Part shown: positions 25,781 through 39,483 of the stretch, in pieces
Position numbering within the stretch: the first letter of the stretch is position 1
Layout: each line of letters starts with the position of its first letter
Assembly (NCBI RefSeq): GCF_006345805.1
Contig: NC_043005.1
Location: 14,446,001-14,510,000, forward strand
Direction of reading: 5' to 3'
Origin: Octopus sinensis
Lineage: Eukaryota
DNA: 64,000 nucleotides
The notes under the pieces: generated by a model
What the model saw: the letters and a program-made list of their open reading frames with translations, nothing else
Told to the model about the DNA's origin: nothing
Databases searched by the model: none
Made by a program: the position numbers and the translations under genes

Positions 25781-26149
25781 TAATAAATAAAACAAGATAT
25801 TTTAAAAACATATACAGGATAAAAGAATAAAAAAAGTAAAGAGGCATTCAATGTGGCCCATTCACTCCCGAGCGAGAACCGATCAGTGAAGTCGGATTAG
25901 AGCATTCTGTGTCTCTACCTGCCTCTTACTGTTCATACTAGTTTCTGGGGCCCCTAAAAGGGCTCTTAACATTCTTTGCTTGGGACAAGACCAAAAAAAC
26001 ATTCCTCGTTTCCTGTTTTAGCTTGTGATAATACATCTGTCCTCGTTTACCATAGGAGGTGGCGTTCAACCTCAACCCCACGAAAAAAGCAACAGTGATA
26101 AATGAATCATCACCACGCACTTTGTAAATGAAACAAATAGTGGGGGGGG

Positions 26150-26457
26150 GGAAGCACTCCGTCGGTTACGACGACGAGGGTTCCGGTTGATCCGATCAAC
26201 GGAACAGCCTGCTCGTGAAATTAACGTGTAAGTGGCTGAGCACTCCACAGACACGTGTACCCTTAACGTAGTTCTCGGGGATATTCAGCGTGACACAGAG
26301 AGTGACAAGGCCGGCCCTTTGAAATACAGGTACAACAGAAACAGGAAGTAAGAGTGAGAGAAAGTTGTGGTGAGAGTACAGCAGGGATCACCACCATCCC
26401 TGCCGGAGCCTCGTGGAGCTTTAGGTGTTTTCGCTCAATAAACACTCACAACGCCCG
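26150..26457 (-). mobile_element. SINE family B lacking tRNA head
   Basis: Near-identical to 23288-23600. Confidence 0.9.
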
Positions 26458-27293
26458 GGTGTGAGAACTTAAACCCATAGAAAAATACACATCCTCGAGG
26501 CACGGTCATTTAAACACAAAAGACAGTCGATGCATTTTGGATAGTTGAGCTTGGGGCATATTTTTGCGGCACAAGCAAAATATTAGACTGATCTCCAACC
26601 CCTGTTATCACAAATCAATCCATAATAAGCATAATAATTGAGTGAACAGGGTTATCCCGGATCAAAGATGAATAAACCAGTGATAAACGAATCAAAATAT
26701 ACTCTAGTATAATTTTGTCCGCAGATTATTTGCGGCTCTCCTGTATTTTGACCCAAATTGTTCATGAGATATTGCTTTGCTTTTGAAACGACCGTGAATT
26801 TCATGCAGTTCTCCCCTTGTTCATTATATACACCATTAGATCAAGTTTGACCTTTATATTCTACTGGGTCTTTTCCCTCTTTTTCCTTTTGGTTATGATG
26901 CCCAAGGACAACCTTAAGCTTTACTCTAAAAGTAAAAAAAGTGTTAGGTTTTTGGTAGTATCTGCTTCAATTTTCAGAGATATTGAAATATAGTTCTGGA
27001 GTTGATATGTCAAGCTTGTAATAAAGATGGAAGCGGGAAAAGTAAATGTTTGGATAATGGCCGTTTTCGATAACAATGTAATATGATCATTGACGTAAGA
27101 TGAAGGTATGTAAGTATATGAGTGTGGTGTACGATAATGAGGTGAAACAGAAGGAAATGAAAGATAAAGTTGTGAATAACGAATGCTGCGGAATCCAGAG
27201 AGCTTCTGAATTTCACAAGCAGAGTTACGGAAACACACTGATATATACAAACACAACACACGAGTATAAACACGCGTACACGCACACACGTAT

Positions 27294-27365
<72 letters not shown>

Positions 27366-27829
27366 AAACACATAAACACACAAATACCGCCCCACAAACA
27401 CACACGAATGCAAATGCGCGCACACACATAAACACATGAACGCAGTACATAAACATATACACATACATAGACATAAACAGGTATATACATACACACATGT
27501 ACATACAGAGAAAAATATAAATGCATATAAGCACACTCCAATACACACACACACGTACGTACACATCCTTAAAAATACTCAGAAATAAAGGCATCTGCGC
27601 AACCACGCCCACTCCCACGCAAACACGCACACATATACAGAGGAAAACAAATACAAACACACGCACACATGCTCAAACACACACAAAAAACCTCATGCAC
27701 ACACAAACACAATTATTTGCAAGACTAAAAGGGCATACATAAAAGAGGAGCTAAACGCTAGAAATGGTAACCAAATCTCCACAAATTCACATCTTATAAT
27801 TATGAAGAAAAGAGAGGATCAAACCAATA

Positions 27830-28325
27830 AACTGTCCACAGTCTTGTCTACCCTGTGTGAAAGGCCTCTCCGAAAAGATACAAAAGATATGCGGCCGATA
27901 TGACATCAGGACAGTATTCAAGAGTAATACAACACTTCACAAATATCTCCTTCGAGTAAAACCACCAATAGAAGAGAATATGACCAAAAACTGCGTGTAC
28001 TCCATCTCATGCAGCGGTGTTAGGTTATACAAAAGCGAAACATGCCGTCCCCCTCAAAATAAGGGTAAACGGACATCGCAAAGCTGTGACACGAGGAGAT
28101 ATTGATAAATCGGGTATAGCTGATCATGTATGGAAAAATGGAGACCACCTTCCTCTGTGGGATGAAGTTAAAATAATAGACAGAGAACACAAGTGGAAAA
28201 TACGAAAACTATAAGAAGCAGCACATATGCTAGGACACAACAACCTCCTAAGCAGACCGAGTGCAGATATGAATAACATATGGGAACCGGTATTAAGGAA
28301 GGATAGGAAAATATTAGATTGATAA
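27830..28325 (+). pseudogene. Penelope-like element GIY-YIG endonuclease 3' fragment
   Basis: KGLSEKIQKI..RTVFK..NCVYSISCS..LYKSETCRP/LKIRVNGHRKAV..SGIADHVW..WDEVKIIDRE..IRKL*EA. Confidence 0.85.
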
Positions 28326-28354
28326 GCCCTAAAATTCGCTCCATAATTGCCCAC

Positions 28355-28428
28355 GGGCATATCGCGTAGTGGTTAAGAATGCGGGCTACTGACCCCAAGA
28401 TTCCGAGTTCGATTCCAGGCAGTGCCCT
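28355..28428 (+). ncRNA. tRNA-like pseudogene within the Penelope 3' region
   Basis: Acceptor GGGCAT/GTGCCC, D stem GCGT/ATGC around AGTGG, B box GAGTTCGATTCC; anticodon and T stems imperfect. Confidence 0.6.
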
Positions 28429-28884
28429 GAACAATAACAATAATAGTAATATCGAAAAATGTAGGCTGATGAAACGTTGTGTTAACAACAAACAAAATGA
28501 GGACAAATATCCGTCAAAATGTAAATAATGTTATAATCTTATATAATGATACGACTGAGACACGTTTTAACATTGATCAGAATTAAGCAGCGACGATAAT
28601 GACGAAAAAACAACAGTGAAAAAGAACGATTACAAATATAAAAATTAAAGAATTAAAAATGGTGAACTATCAAAGAAAAAAAAAAAGCATTACGCGAGCA
28701 GTTTGTGGGGAAAACAAAAAATTATATGAGATTATATAAGAAGAGATGAGCCGTGTTGAGAGCGTTGAGTAATAGTAATAGTAGTGTGTCGTGTATATAC
28801 TTTTTTCTTCCCTGCTTCGTTATATTATATATCCAATATACAAGATATATAAAAAAAACAAAACAGATGATGATAATGTAGTAT

Positions 28885-29152
28885 GATATATTGACACCAG
28901 ATGATTATCACATCGCAGAATGTATTGGGACCAGATGGTGATAATATACCAAGATAAATTCAGACTAAATGATCATAATTTTATAAAAAGATGCACTGAG
29001 ATCAGCTAACGATAACATTGCAAGATTTTCTGAGATCAGTTCATCATAACGTAGAAAGATTTATTGAGACCAGATGATCATAATGTAACTAAATGAATTG
29101 AGGCCAGATGATCGTAATGTTGCGGGATATACTGAAACCAGATGATCATAGT
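28885..29152. repeat. Degenerate 34 bp minisatellite (~8 units)
   Basis: CCAGATGATCATAA-like core at 28897, 28931, 28965, 29002, 29036, 29070, 29104, 29138. Confidence 0.75.
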
Positions 29153-29989
29153 GAAGACAAAAAGCAAAGTGTTCAAGATCATAGGTTTTGATGTAGTAAA
29201 TGACATAATAATTTATCGTTATTGTTCAACCCAAAAATTGAACAAATTTACCATTAGAGGCTTTCCAGCCACGACCATTTCGTCTTTTCAGAAAACATAT
29301 CCTTTCTTTTTTAAGATAGTGTGTGCGATATTTGAGAGAAATTTCATTGCTATTTCTAGTAGTCGAGTGACAATATACTTTTTGTATTTGTTTATAGTCA
29401 ACTGATCATGCCATCATCAAGATAACATGAGTTGGAGAAGATCCTGCAAAACTTTCGTTGAGGTAAGGTAGGAGATTTTGAAGTTATTTACATTAAACCA
29501 ATCTAGATGCTTACGACGTGAGAATCCTACTATTCACACACAGATAAATCATTAAACTTTCTCAGAAGGCAAATGACTGGCTGTGGATCGGTGACTATCA
29601 GGGGCAGTCACAACAGCCATGTGCTATCATTGATTTACTTTCGTTTGTGACCGCTTTATTCATTCAACCACAGTAGGTAAATACCAGATGCGATTGAATT
29701 ACTAAATAATTTTTTATCATTCTAAGCAACGAGGTTCGGTTCTTTCCATTGTACCAGGTTGATATAAATGAATGAAAAAACAGGTTTCTCATGAAAACTG
29801 AAGTCAAATAAAAGTGCATCAACGTAAACATATGAATACGTGTCTGATGTATGAGCTGTATGTGAGGACAGGATGTTTGTGTATTTCTGTGAGTTTTATT
29901 AATGTATATTTCGTTATGATAGAGTGTATTTCTCTATGTGCATGTGTTGTGTTTATTCATGACTTAGTGGAAGGAGGAAAAGGTAGAGG

Positions 29990-31030
29990 TCTCTGAAACA
30001 TGTGATGGGGAGGAACGAATTAAGGAAGTTATCCTCAGACTGGAGATCAAGCCCGAATACTTGCAACAGTGAAGCTTTCGTTAAGATTATTTCTACAGAT
30101 ACTCTATCGAACTTATTGCCAGCAATGATTTTTGCTACAACGTTTCGTATCGAAACGTCAGATGTAAACAGATAATGTGATCTAAGACAAAAGTGGATAA
30201 TGAATGTATATGCCATATATAGGCATTTTTTGACTCCGAACACATTGCCTATGCAGCTACTGCATGCAGCAGTGCTAAGTTATTGGATATACTAATTCAC
30301 GTAATAGACGCATTCCTTGGGCAGGTATGTAAACATTAAAGATTTGTAGGTACGCTGTAGCAAAATCAGTGGTGGCTCTAAGCTCTATGGGATATCTGTA
30401 GACATAATCTTAACAAAACAATGTAAGAGCACTGCTGACGCAATAGAATGTGGTACTGATTTATGAAAACATTTAGTATACCTTATAACATAATGTGTTT
30501 ACATAACGAAGGACCTTTAGTAAGGATTTTGTTAAAGGCCATTTTGGTAGGGCTAAACAAGGTGACGGATTAAGTTTAACAGCAACGATGGGCTGCAGTA
30601 GTTTTACTTAATCAGGATTGATCTCAGGTTAAACAACAATGCTGATAACTGTTAATGTTCGATATTATTCCATAATCTACTGAAACCTGTAAGATGCAGT
30701 CATTTATTCTTTACTCTAAAGTGAAGATTCTGACATTGAGTCTAAATGTTTTCTTACATAGAACACAAACTCTCAGAATTTTAGAGGATAAGGAAGTGGG
30801 AACTTTCTCATACAGTTCATGAGATTTCAGAATTATAAGGTGGAGGGTAGGAGAGAAATGGGATATAATGATGCTCATAACATGAGTGGTATATAAAGCT
30901 CCAGGAAATCGAGACAAGAAGACGACAGACAAATGTGGTCATAGATAAAGAAGCTAGTCTAATACGGGGTAAATTCTTCAAGATTAGATTCAAATTGATT
31001 CCTGAAAGCCCATAAATCACGTGTCAAATG
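29990..31030 (-). pseudogene. Very old CR1/Jockey-like LINE 3' relic
   Basis: Shares ATCCT(C/T)AGA(C/T)TGGAGA with ~32838 and ~37034; no intact frame. Confidence 0.4.
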
Positions 31031-31046
31031 TATTAATCTATCAGTA

Positions 31047-31271
31047 TACTCTTTACTCTTTTACTCTTTTACTTGTTTCAGTCATTTGACTGCGGCCATG
31101 CTGGAGCACCGCCTTTAGTCGAGCAACTCGACCCCGGGACTTATTCTTTTTGTAAGCCCAGTACTTATTCTATCGGTCTCTTTTTGCTGAACCGCTAAGT
31201 GACGGGGACGTAAACACACCAGCATCGGTTGTCAAGCAATGCTAGGGGAACAAACACAGACACACAAACAC

Positions 31272-31366
<95 letters not shown>

Positions 31367-31531
31367 TACGACAGGCTTCTTTCAGTTTCCGTCTACCAAA
31401 TCCACTCACAAGGCATTGGTCGGCCCGGGGCTATAGCAGAAGACACTTGCCCAAGATGCCACGCAGTGGGACTGAACCCGAAAACATGTGGTTGGTTAGC
31501 AAGCTACTTACCATACAGCTACTCCTGCGCC
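31047..31531 (-). mobile_element. SINE family A, full-length
   Basis: Reverse complement of 13031-13434 with long internal (TA)n. Confidence 0.92.
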
Positions 31532-32310
31532 TATACAAGGAACATTATTTAAAAAAAAAATCATTGCTTTCTACTGGGTTCAAAATTATGTTGCTTTTAA
31601 TGGAAGGAAGTAAAGTCAACGGAATCGTTTACTGCTTGTATTGCTTTTAGCGATCCCGGAAAAGTGAAATGTGAAGTCGTCCTCCGTGAAATTTGAACGT
31701 AGAGTGTAGAATAAAGAAAGAAAAAATCGAGAACTTCATCATTAGAATGCATTGAGTTAGTGTCCCAGTACGTTACCACAGGCTCATTTCATTGAAGTTC
31801 TTTCTAAATTAAGACATCTATTGAGTCGATAAATACGTTATAATGTCAGACTAATGGCTAAAGTTTTAATGGTTAGTTCATAATCTTGGCCATGAAACTT
31901 TGATTTTGTTGGCCCACTCTATTCTTCTTTTAAGATAGTTAATACTAGTAAGTAGAAAAACATGATTTGAGACGATAGACCGCATAAATTCCTAAACTTC
32001 TTCAGAAGGCAAATAGATATAGTCAAATGACTTCGAAGGACAAACACGGCGTTCATATACTTTTGTTAATGTACTTTTGTCTGTGATCTCAACTTACATA
32101 AGAAACCCTTGTCTTCATTGAATCGCATCAAGTGTAATATCTGATACGATAGGTTGACAAAAGTGTGTTAGTCATTCTATGATATCAGTTTATTTATTCA
32201 ATTGCATAACCCTTTTGTTTTTCATTCTATTGTATCAAGGAAATATTTGATACAACCGAATGAATAAAGAGGTTTGTAAATGGAGGCAGAAGTCACAAGC
32301 AAGAGTACAT

Positions 32311-32580
32311 CTAGCGTATCTAGCTATACGCACACACCGCGTACAAATTTCTATGTTTTAGCGATTTTGAATGGATATGCCCACAACTTATGGGCATAAG
32401 GGGTCGGTTTATCGATTCTTTTAATAGCTTTCTGGGGTGACTGGGGAAATGAAAAGATCTTCCCGACCACCCTTAAACAGTTTTGAAAGCCCATAGAAAA
32501 TGCGAGCCTTTTACGTGAAAAACTGTGGATTTGTATAAAGGACACACAGATACACAGACATTTTGCCGTTTATAGATATA
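32311..32580 (-). mobile_element. Short copy of the Helitron at 33677-34097
   Basis: Near-identical to 33824-34093. Confidence 0.85.
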
Positions 32581-33294
32581 TGGGAAAGTGGTGACGGTGC
32601 AAGAATGCGCGCGCACCGGTGCGTATGTGTGCCTGCGTACGAGCATGCGTGCGCGCGTGTTATTTTATTTGTTCATATCCTTTGTATGTATGTATGGGTG
32701 TGTGTGCGTGCGTTGTGTTTAGGTTGTTTCATTACACGATTCCCTGAAAGGTGGAGAAGGTAATATCAAGAACATTTTTTCAGGGTCTCTGAGTCATGTA
32801 ACAGGAAGATAAGGAGGAAGGAAGGGAGGAAGGAAATTATCCTTAGACTGGAGACCTAGTCTAAATGTTTGCTACAGTGCGGACTCCGCGAAAATCATCG
32901 AAGAACCATTTTGACGGCGTTAAATCGGGTGATGGATTGAATTTAATATCCAAGGACAGGAACGATAGTCTTTCACACAATTTCCATTGACCAAATTCCA
33001 TTGACAAGGTTCCGGTCAACCCGAGATTACGGTAGTAGAAGACACTTGCACGAGATGTCAAGCCGTGGTATGTTTGCAATTTTTTATTTGTATACCTAAG
33101 AGTAGCTGTGTGTGTGCGTGCGTGCATGTGTGTATGTGTGTACGTGCGTGTGTGTGTGTGAGACTGTAAGTATAGTGTAAGTACAACAACCTAAATAAAT
33201 GAAGGGGCTGGATAGATTTATTGTGGATGATAGAAAGTTCGAGGATTACAATCCAGAATGAAATTACCAATCACTATGCATAACTGAAGTGTTC

Positions 33295-33331
<37 letters not shown>

Positions 33332-33676
33332 ACGCACACACACACACACACACACGCACACACACACACACACGCACGTGCACACACATACGTACACTCA
33401 CACACTCTAATTTCTGGGTTATTATTTAGAGAATTTTTTTTAGAATAACAACAGAATAATTGCTAATAGTGACCTCTCAGTATTGGAAGTAGGGTCGAAT
33501 TTCTCATGAAATTCCTTTTGGTTGCTATTTCTCGCTCGTTATGTAACCACTCAGAAGTTATTACATTATGTGGTATTGATATCTGAAGGATCAGCAAAAA
33601 CTTGGTTATCTGCCCGTCTCTACTCTAAGGATACACGACTTCTAAAATAACTAATGAGAAAGTAGAATTATATGAA

Positions 33677-34097
33677 CTAGTACGGTGACCCGGCGTTGCT
33701 GGGTAATAGTGCTAGTCAAGCATATTTGGTCTTTCATGAAAATTCCGCTCTACTTGTCATTCATTTGGTCTAACTCGTTAATTATTCCCTGCATTTCTCA
33801 ATCAAAAAACAGCTGGCAGTCTACTAGCGTATCTAGCTGTACGCACACACCGCGTACAAATTTCTATGTTTTAGCGATTTTGAATGGATATGCCCACAAC
33901 TTATGGGCATAAGGGGTCGGTTTATCGATTCTTTTAATAGCTTTCTGGGGTGACTGGGGAAATGAAAAGATCTTCCCGACCACCCCCAGACAGTTTTGAA
34001 AGCCCATAGAAAATGCGAGCCTTTTACGTGAAAAACTGTGGATTTGTATAAAGGACACACAGATACACAGACATTTTGCCGTTTATAGATATAGAGA
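33677..34097 (-). mobile_element. Non-autonomous Helitron
   Basis: A|TC start; ACCCAGCAACGCCGGGT hairpin then CTAG|T. Confidence 0.8.
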
Positions 34098-34324
34098 TCA
34101 TGGTTTGGGTGGATGGACCATTTAACTCTCATTTAACGCTCATTGGGCGGCAAATTGAATAGTTGTCATTTTATTGTCAAACAATTTATAGTGTAAATAC
34201 CTGATACATGTGAATGAAGGAAAAAGGTTTCTTATGAAAGCCGGTTTCAAAGACAAAAATACGTAAATGAAAGCATGTGGGGGTGGGGGGGAATGTTTGC
34301 TTTATGTATCTGTATGTGTGTGTG

Positions 34325-34572
34325 AGAGAGAGAGAGAGGGAGAAGAGAAGAAGAAGAAAAAGAAGAAGAAGAAGAAGAAGAAGAAGAAGAAGAAGAAGAA
34401 CAAGAAGAAGAAAAAGAAGAAGGAGAAGAAGAAGAAGGAGAAGAAGAAGAAGAGAAGAAGAAGAAGAAGAAGAAGAAGAAGAAGAAGAAGAAGAAGAGAA
34501 GAAGAGAAGAAGAAGAAGAAGTAGAAGAAGAAGAAGAAGAAGAAGAAGAAGAAGAAGAAGGAGGAGGAGGAG
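34325..34572. repeat. (GA)n(AAG)n polypurine tract
   Basis: Direct reading. Confidence 0.97.
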
Positions 34573-34743
34573 AGGTGGGTATGCTTGCGTGTTTTTCCGT
34601 GCTTGAGTGGGCATATCTTTTTGTGTGTAATTTTGTTGTGCTTCTGTTGGTGTTTTTCTTTGACATGGTTTGCTGAGAGGCGGAGAAAGCAACGCCTTTA
34701 CCAATTGAAAGCGTTGTGTTGGTTAAATGCAAGCATATACTTT

Positions 34744-34954
34744 TACTCTTTACTCTTTTACTTGTTTCAGTCATTTGACTGCGGCCATGCTGGAGCACCG
34801 CCTTTTAGTCGAGCAAATCGACCCCGGGACTTATTATTTGTAAGCCCAGTACTTATTTTATCGGTCTCTTTTGCCGAACCGCTAAGTAACGGGGATGTAA
34901 ACACACCAGCATCGGTTGTCAAGCAATGCTAGGGGGACAAACACAGACACACAA

Positions 34955-35046
<92 letters not shown>

Positions 35047-35208
35047 GACAGGCTTCTTTCAGTTTCCGTCTACCAAATCCACTCACAAGGCATTGGTCGG
35101 CCCGGGGCTATAGCAGAAGACACTTGCCCAAGATGCCACGCAGTGGGACTGAACCCGGAACCATGTGATTGGTTAGCAAGCTACTTACCACACAGCCACT
35201 CCTGCGCC
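34744..35208 (-). mobile_element. SINE family A, full-length
   Basis: Near-identical to 31047-31531. Confidence 0.92.
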
Positions 35209-35417
35209 TATGTAGAACAAAAAAATAGAAATAGAGACGACGAGGATTTCTAAACCAAATGTTTTTATAACGCTTTGGTAATACAATAAAACGTTTAAAA
35301 CTACATAAATGAGTTTACAAGAGTGCAAGAAAATTTGAAATATACTTTAACGTGTGTATTGTGCGTTCGGTAAATTGTCAACACACATTTCTATGTGCAC
35401 GGTTGTTTTCTCTCTTT

Positions 35418-35826
35418 CTCTTTACTCTTTTACTTGTTTCAGTCATTTGACTGTGGCCATGCTGGAGCACCGCCTTTTGTCGAGCAAATCGACCCCGGGA
35501 CTTATTCTTTGGAAGCCTAGTTCTTATTCTATCGGTCTCTTTTGCCGAACCGCTAAATTACGGGGACGCAAAAACACCAGCATCGGTTGTCAAGCGATGC
35601 TGGGGTGGGGTGGACAAACACAGACACACAAACATATACACACACATACATACAGACATATACATATATATACATATATACGACGAGCTTCTTTCAGTTT
35701 CCGTCAACGAAATCCACTCACAAGGCTTTGGTCGGCCCGAGGTTATAGTAGAAGACACTTGTTGAAGATGCCACCCATTGAAACTGAACCCGGCACCATG
35801 TGGTTGGTAAGCAAGCTACTTACCAC
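35418..35826 (-). mobile_element. SINE family A
   Basis: Same family, slightly 5'-clipped. Confidence 0.9.
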
Positions 35827-36044
35827 GTTACCATCAGTGCTAATATTTAGAGAAAACACGATAAATTATTCAATGTACAAACCTAGAGACATGAGAGATC
35901 GAAATGTGTTGTCATATATTTGTCATTTGCATTATTGCGTATGTCTTGAGTGAAGCAAAAGGAGTAATTCATCGCCATCTGTGTATCATATTAAATATAC
36001 ACCTTTTGAAGGTACGATGCTGTGGAATTGTCTAAGATAAAATC

Positions 36045-36428
36045 TCTTCATAGACTTGTGTTAAACACGCATTGAACATCGCTTCTAATGCTAAATGGAA
36101 ATGAAAAGTCTTCATAGACTTGTGTTAAACACGCATTGAACATCGCTTCTAATGCTAAATGGAAATGAAAAGTCTTCATTGACTTGTGTTAAACACGCAT
36201 TGAACATCGCTTCTAATGCTAAATGGAAATGAAAAGTCTTCATAGACTTGTGTTAAACACGCATTGAACATCGCTTCTAATGCTAAATGGAAATGAAAAG
36301 TCTTCATAGACTTGTGTTAAACACGCATTGAACATCGCTTCTAATGCTAAATGGAAATGAAAAGTCTTCATAGACTTGTGTTAAACACGCATTGAACATC
36401 GCTTCTAATGCTAAATGGAAATGAAAAG
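36045..36428. repeat. 64 bp x 6 near-perfect tandem repeat
   Basis: TCTTCATAGACTTGTGTTAAACACGCATTGAACATCGCTTCTAATGCTAAATGGAAATGAAAAG; one substitution in copy 3. Confidence 0.97.
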
Positions 36429-36429
36429 G

Positions 36430-36555
36430 TTTTAAATTTTGGCTCAAGGCCGGCAATTTCGTGGATGTGGGTAAATTAATTACATCGACTCCAATGCTCG
36501 ACTGATACTTATTTTATCGACTGCGAAGGATAAAAGGCAAAGTTGATCTAGGCAA
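36430..36555 (-). mobile_element. SINE family C fragment, diverged
   Basis: TACTTATTTTATCGAC..AAAGGCAAAGTTGA. Confidence 0.65.
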
Positions 36556-37148
36556 CGTTATTAACAATAATTTATGTGTGGAGAGGAATATCAAAATTAG
36601 CAGCTTGTTTGGTATGATTTATGTGAAATTCCAAATGGCAAACTTTCCGATAGTTTATCTTACTGAATCTACAAGTCTAAATCGCTGCAAGGCACTTGGC
36701 GAGTAGTCGCCGTGACTGGTTAGTTTGATTAGCAGCTTAAGACACTTCCTATGAGGTCTGGGGGAAAAATGCATGCAGCTAGTAACATTTTGAGGCTTTT
36801 TCAGTGTGACTAGCAACATTTTAGAGCCGAGAGATGGAAACAAAACTGATAGACGATTAAGAATAAATACAAATACTTTAATTTATGAGTGAGCACAATT
36901 GATTCTGTGTATGTGTGAGTGTGTGTGTGTGTGAGATCGAGGTGAAGACAAAAAAGTATGGAAGACCATAAGAAGTGCAATACTATTAATTTTTCCAAGG
37001 CTTTTGAGCGCTGAGACAGAAAAGAAGGATACTATCCTTAGATTGGAGATCTAGCCTTAGATTGGAGATCTAGGCTTGCAAAAGAGTTGACTCGGTTAGA
37101 GACATCAAAGAGCCAAGTGTTAGCGTTAAACTGAGTGAGGGATTAAAC

Positions 37149-37200
37149 CAGTGGTTCCCAACCTGGGGTCCGCAAAGGTAATACTGGGGGTCCGTGAACT
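37149..37200 (+). mobile_element. hAT (Charlie-like) terminal fragment
   Basis: CAGTGGTTCCCAACCTGGGGTCCG is a typical hAT end; no partner end seen. Confidence 0.5.
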
Positions 37201-37303
37201 AAGTAGACAAAGTTGCAAAGACTGAAACCGGTACTAAAATGTTCATGATAAAATTATTTCAGCATTTTCTACCTTGTCTTATTTTTCTTATACATATCAA
37301 CCT

Positions 37304-37305
<2 letters not shown>

Positions 37306-37369
<64 letters not shown>

Positions 37370-37415
37370 ACACACAGATCTATCTATCTATCTATCTATA
37401 TGTCTGTCTATCTAT

Positions 37416-37466
<51 letters not shown>

Positions 37467-37499
37467 GTCTGTCTATCTATCTATATCTATCTATCTATC

Positions 37500-37561
<62 letters not shown>

Positions 37562-37608
37562 ACACACACACACAACACACACACACACACACACACATAC
37601 ACACACAG

Positions 37609-37652
<44 letters not shown>

Positions 37653-37657
37653 GTCTG

Positions 37658-37704
<47 letters not shown>

Positions 37705-37729
37705 GTCTGTCTATCTATCTATATGTCTG

Positions 37730-37800
<71 letters not shown>

Positions 37801-37801
37801 G

Positions 37802-37848
<47 letters not shown>

Positions 37849-37849
37849 G

Positions 37850-37916
<67 letters not shown>

Positions 37917-37947
37917 GTCTATCTATCTATGTCTGTCCGTCTGTCCG

Positions 37948-37987
<40 letters not shown>

Positions 37988-38000
37988 CACACACATACAT
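37306..38000. repeat. (CA)n/(TCTA)n compound microsatellite with block duplication
   Basis: Direct reading. Confidence 0.97.
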
Positions 38001-39437
38001 ATATCTGCATTTACGTAATGTATATGCGTCTGAATGTTTGAGTGTGTGAGAATATGTGCGCGCGCGCGCGCATGTGTGTGTGTGTGCGTGCGTGCATATG
38101 TGCTCGCGTGTGTAAAAATGTCAAATTCGTAACACAAGCTCATATTTTTATACATAGAATGCAGAGAACAGGGATGGAATGTGAAATATCACCTGGCAGT
38201 GGGAGCTAGAGGCTTCTTTGAAAGGAAAATGACAACGCTTTTCAAAAGAAGATTTGTTTTTTTTAGCCCCGAGCTCCGAAAGGAGAGTACAGGAGGCGGT
38301 CGAAAAAGTCAGCTTCTATATATGGCTGAAGCGGGAAGACCAAAAATTGCTTGAAAGTCATAACATGCAGGTGGGAAATAACATCATTAGGTGAGACAAG
38401 CTGACACTGAATCAGCTTCGCTGACTGATAGGTGACGGTTGTTTAGAGAATGCGCTGGCTAAAACTACGCGCCTTCACAAGTCAGTTAGGGTGAGACAGT
38501 GTCACGTGACAACTTGCTGGGGCAGCCTGCTGGAGCCTAGTGGCAGGTATTTAAAGGGAAAAAAATTGACAAGTCAGTCAGTCACCGGCTGACACTCGCT
38601 GACAATACATCGAAGAGGCCAGGGAACAGAAGAAAGAAGACATGCACCCAACACCAGAGCGGAAGACACCTCCGAAGGAGGGGGGGCGCCACGTCAAAAC
38701 GGTAGAGGAGTAGGGGCCGAAACCGGACGTGGTTCCTCCTGATGATATCTTGAGCTAACTGGATCCCATAAAGCAGCTGTTGTGGTAGCAGACCACGAAA
38801 CACGGTTGTAATTCCTCCTTCCTTTTTCTGGTCGTACCTTCCACTGTAGTTGAGAGAAATGAGAGATGACATTTTTCATGCACCAAATGCAGCGCCAGTT
38901 GAAGAGAGAGAGGGAGAGAGAGAGAGAGAGAAAGAAAGAGAGCCATAGTTTTCTGCAATGTAGCGATGCTTTGATTTTTGTTTATTTTCTTTTCTTACAC
39001 ATCTCACGAGGCACTGCTTTAGTATCTATATAATAATCTACTTGTTCGTTCACCTGTTATACTTCAGTAAGTTAAAGAGGTGGAACGAGTGAGTGTTAGA
39101 GGGGAGTGAGTGAGAGGTGGAGCAAAAGTGAGAGAGAGGGGAAAGGAATGTCAATAGAGAAGAAATGAGGAAGAAGTAGAGAAAGATGTACAACAAGGTC
39201 AAATGCTTCACGTGGCTTGTTGAAGAGAGAGGCGAAGAGCGAGAGAAAAAGACGGTGAGAGAAAAGAGGGAGAGAGATGTGTTAATAACGTCCTCTAGGA
39301 TGGGGGAGGGAAAGTTAAAGAGAACGAGATATGTTGAGGATACAATATTCAGCAGAAGGTAATGTTCGGATGGTGAGGTTAAACAAAGTTAGATAGAGAA
39401 AGATGGACAAGGGAGGCAGTTACTTTAAAAGAGAGAA

Positions 39438-39483
<46 letters not shown>

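Noticed and set aside
35354-35953. 199 aa ORF
   Set aside because: Reads through the antisense strand of a family A SINE
36045-36428. CRISPR array
   Set aside because: No unique spacers; plain tandem repeat
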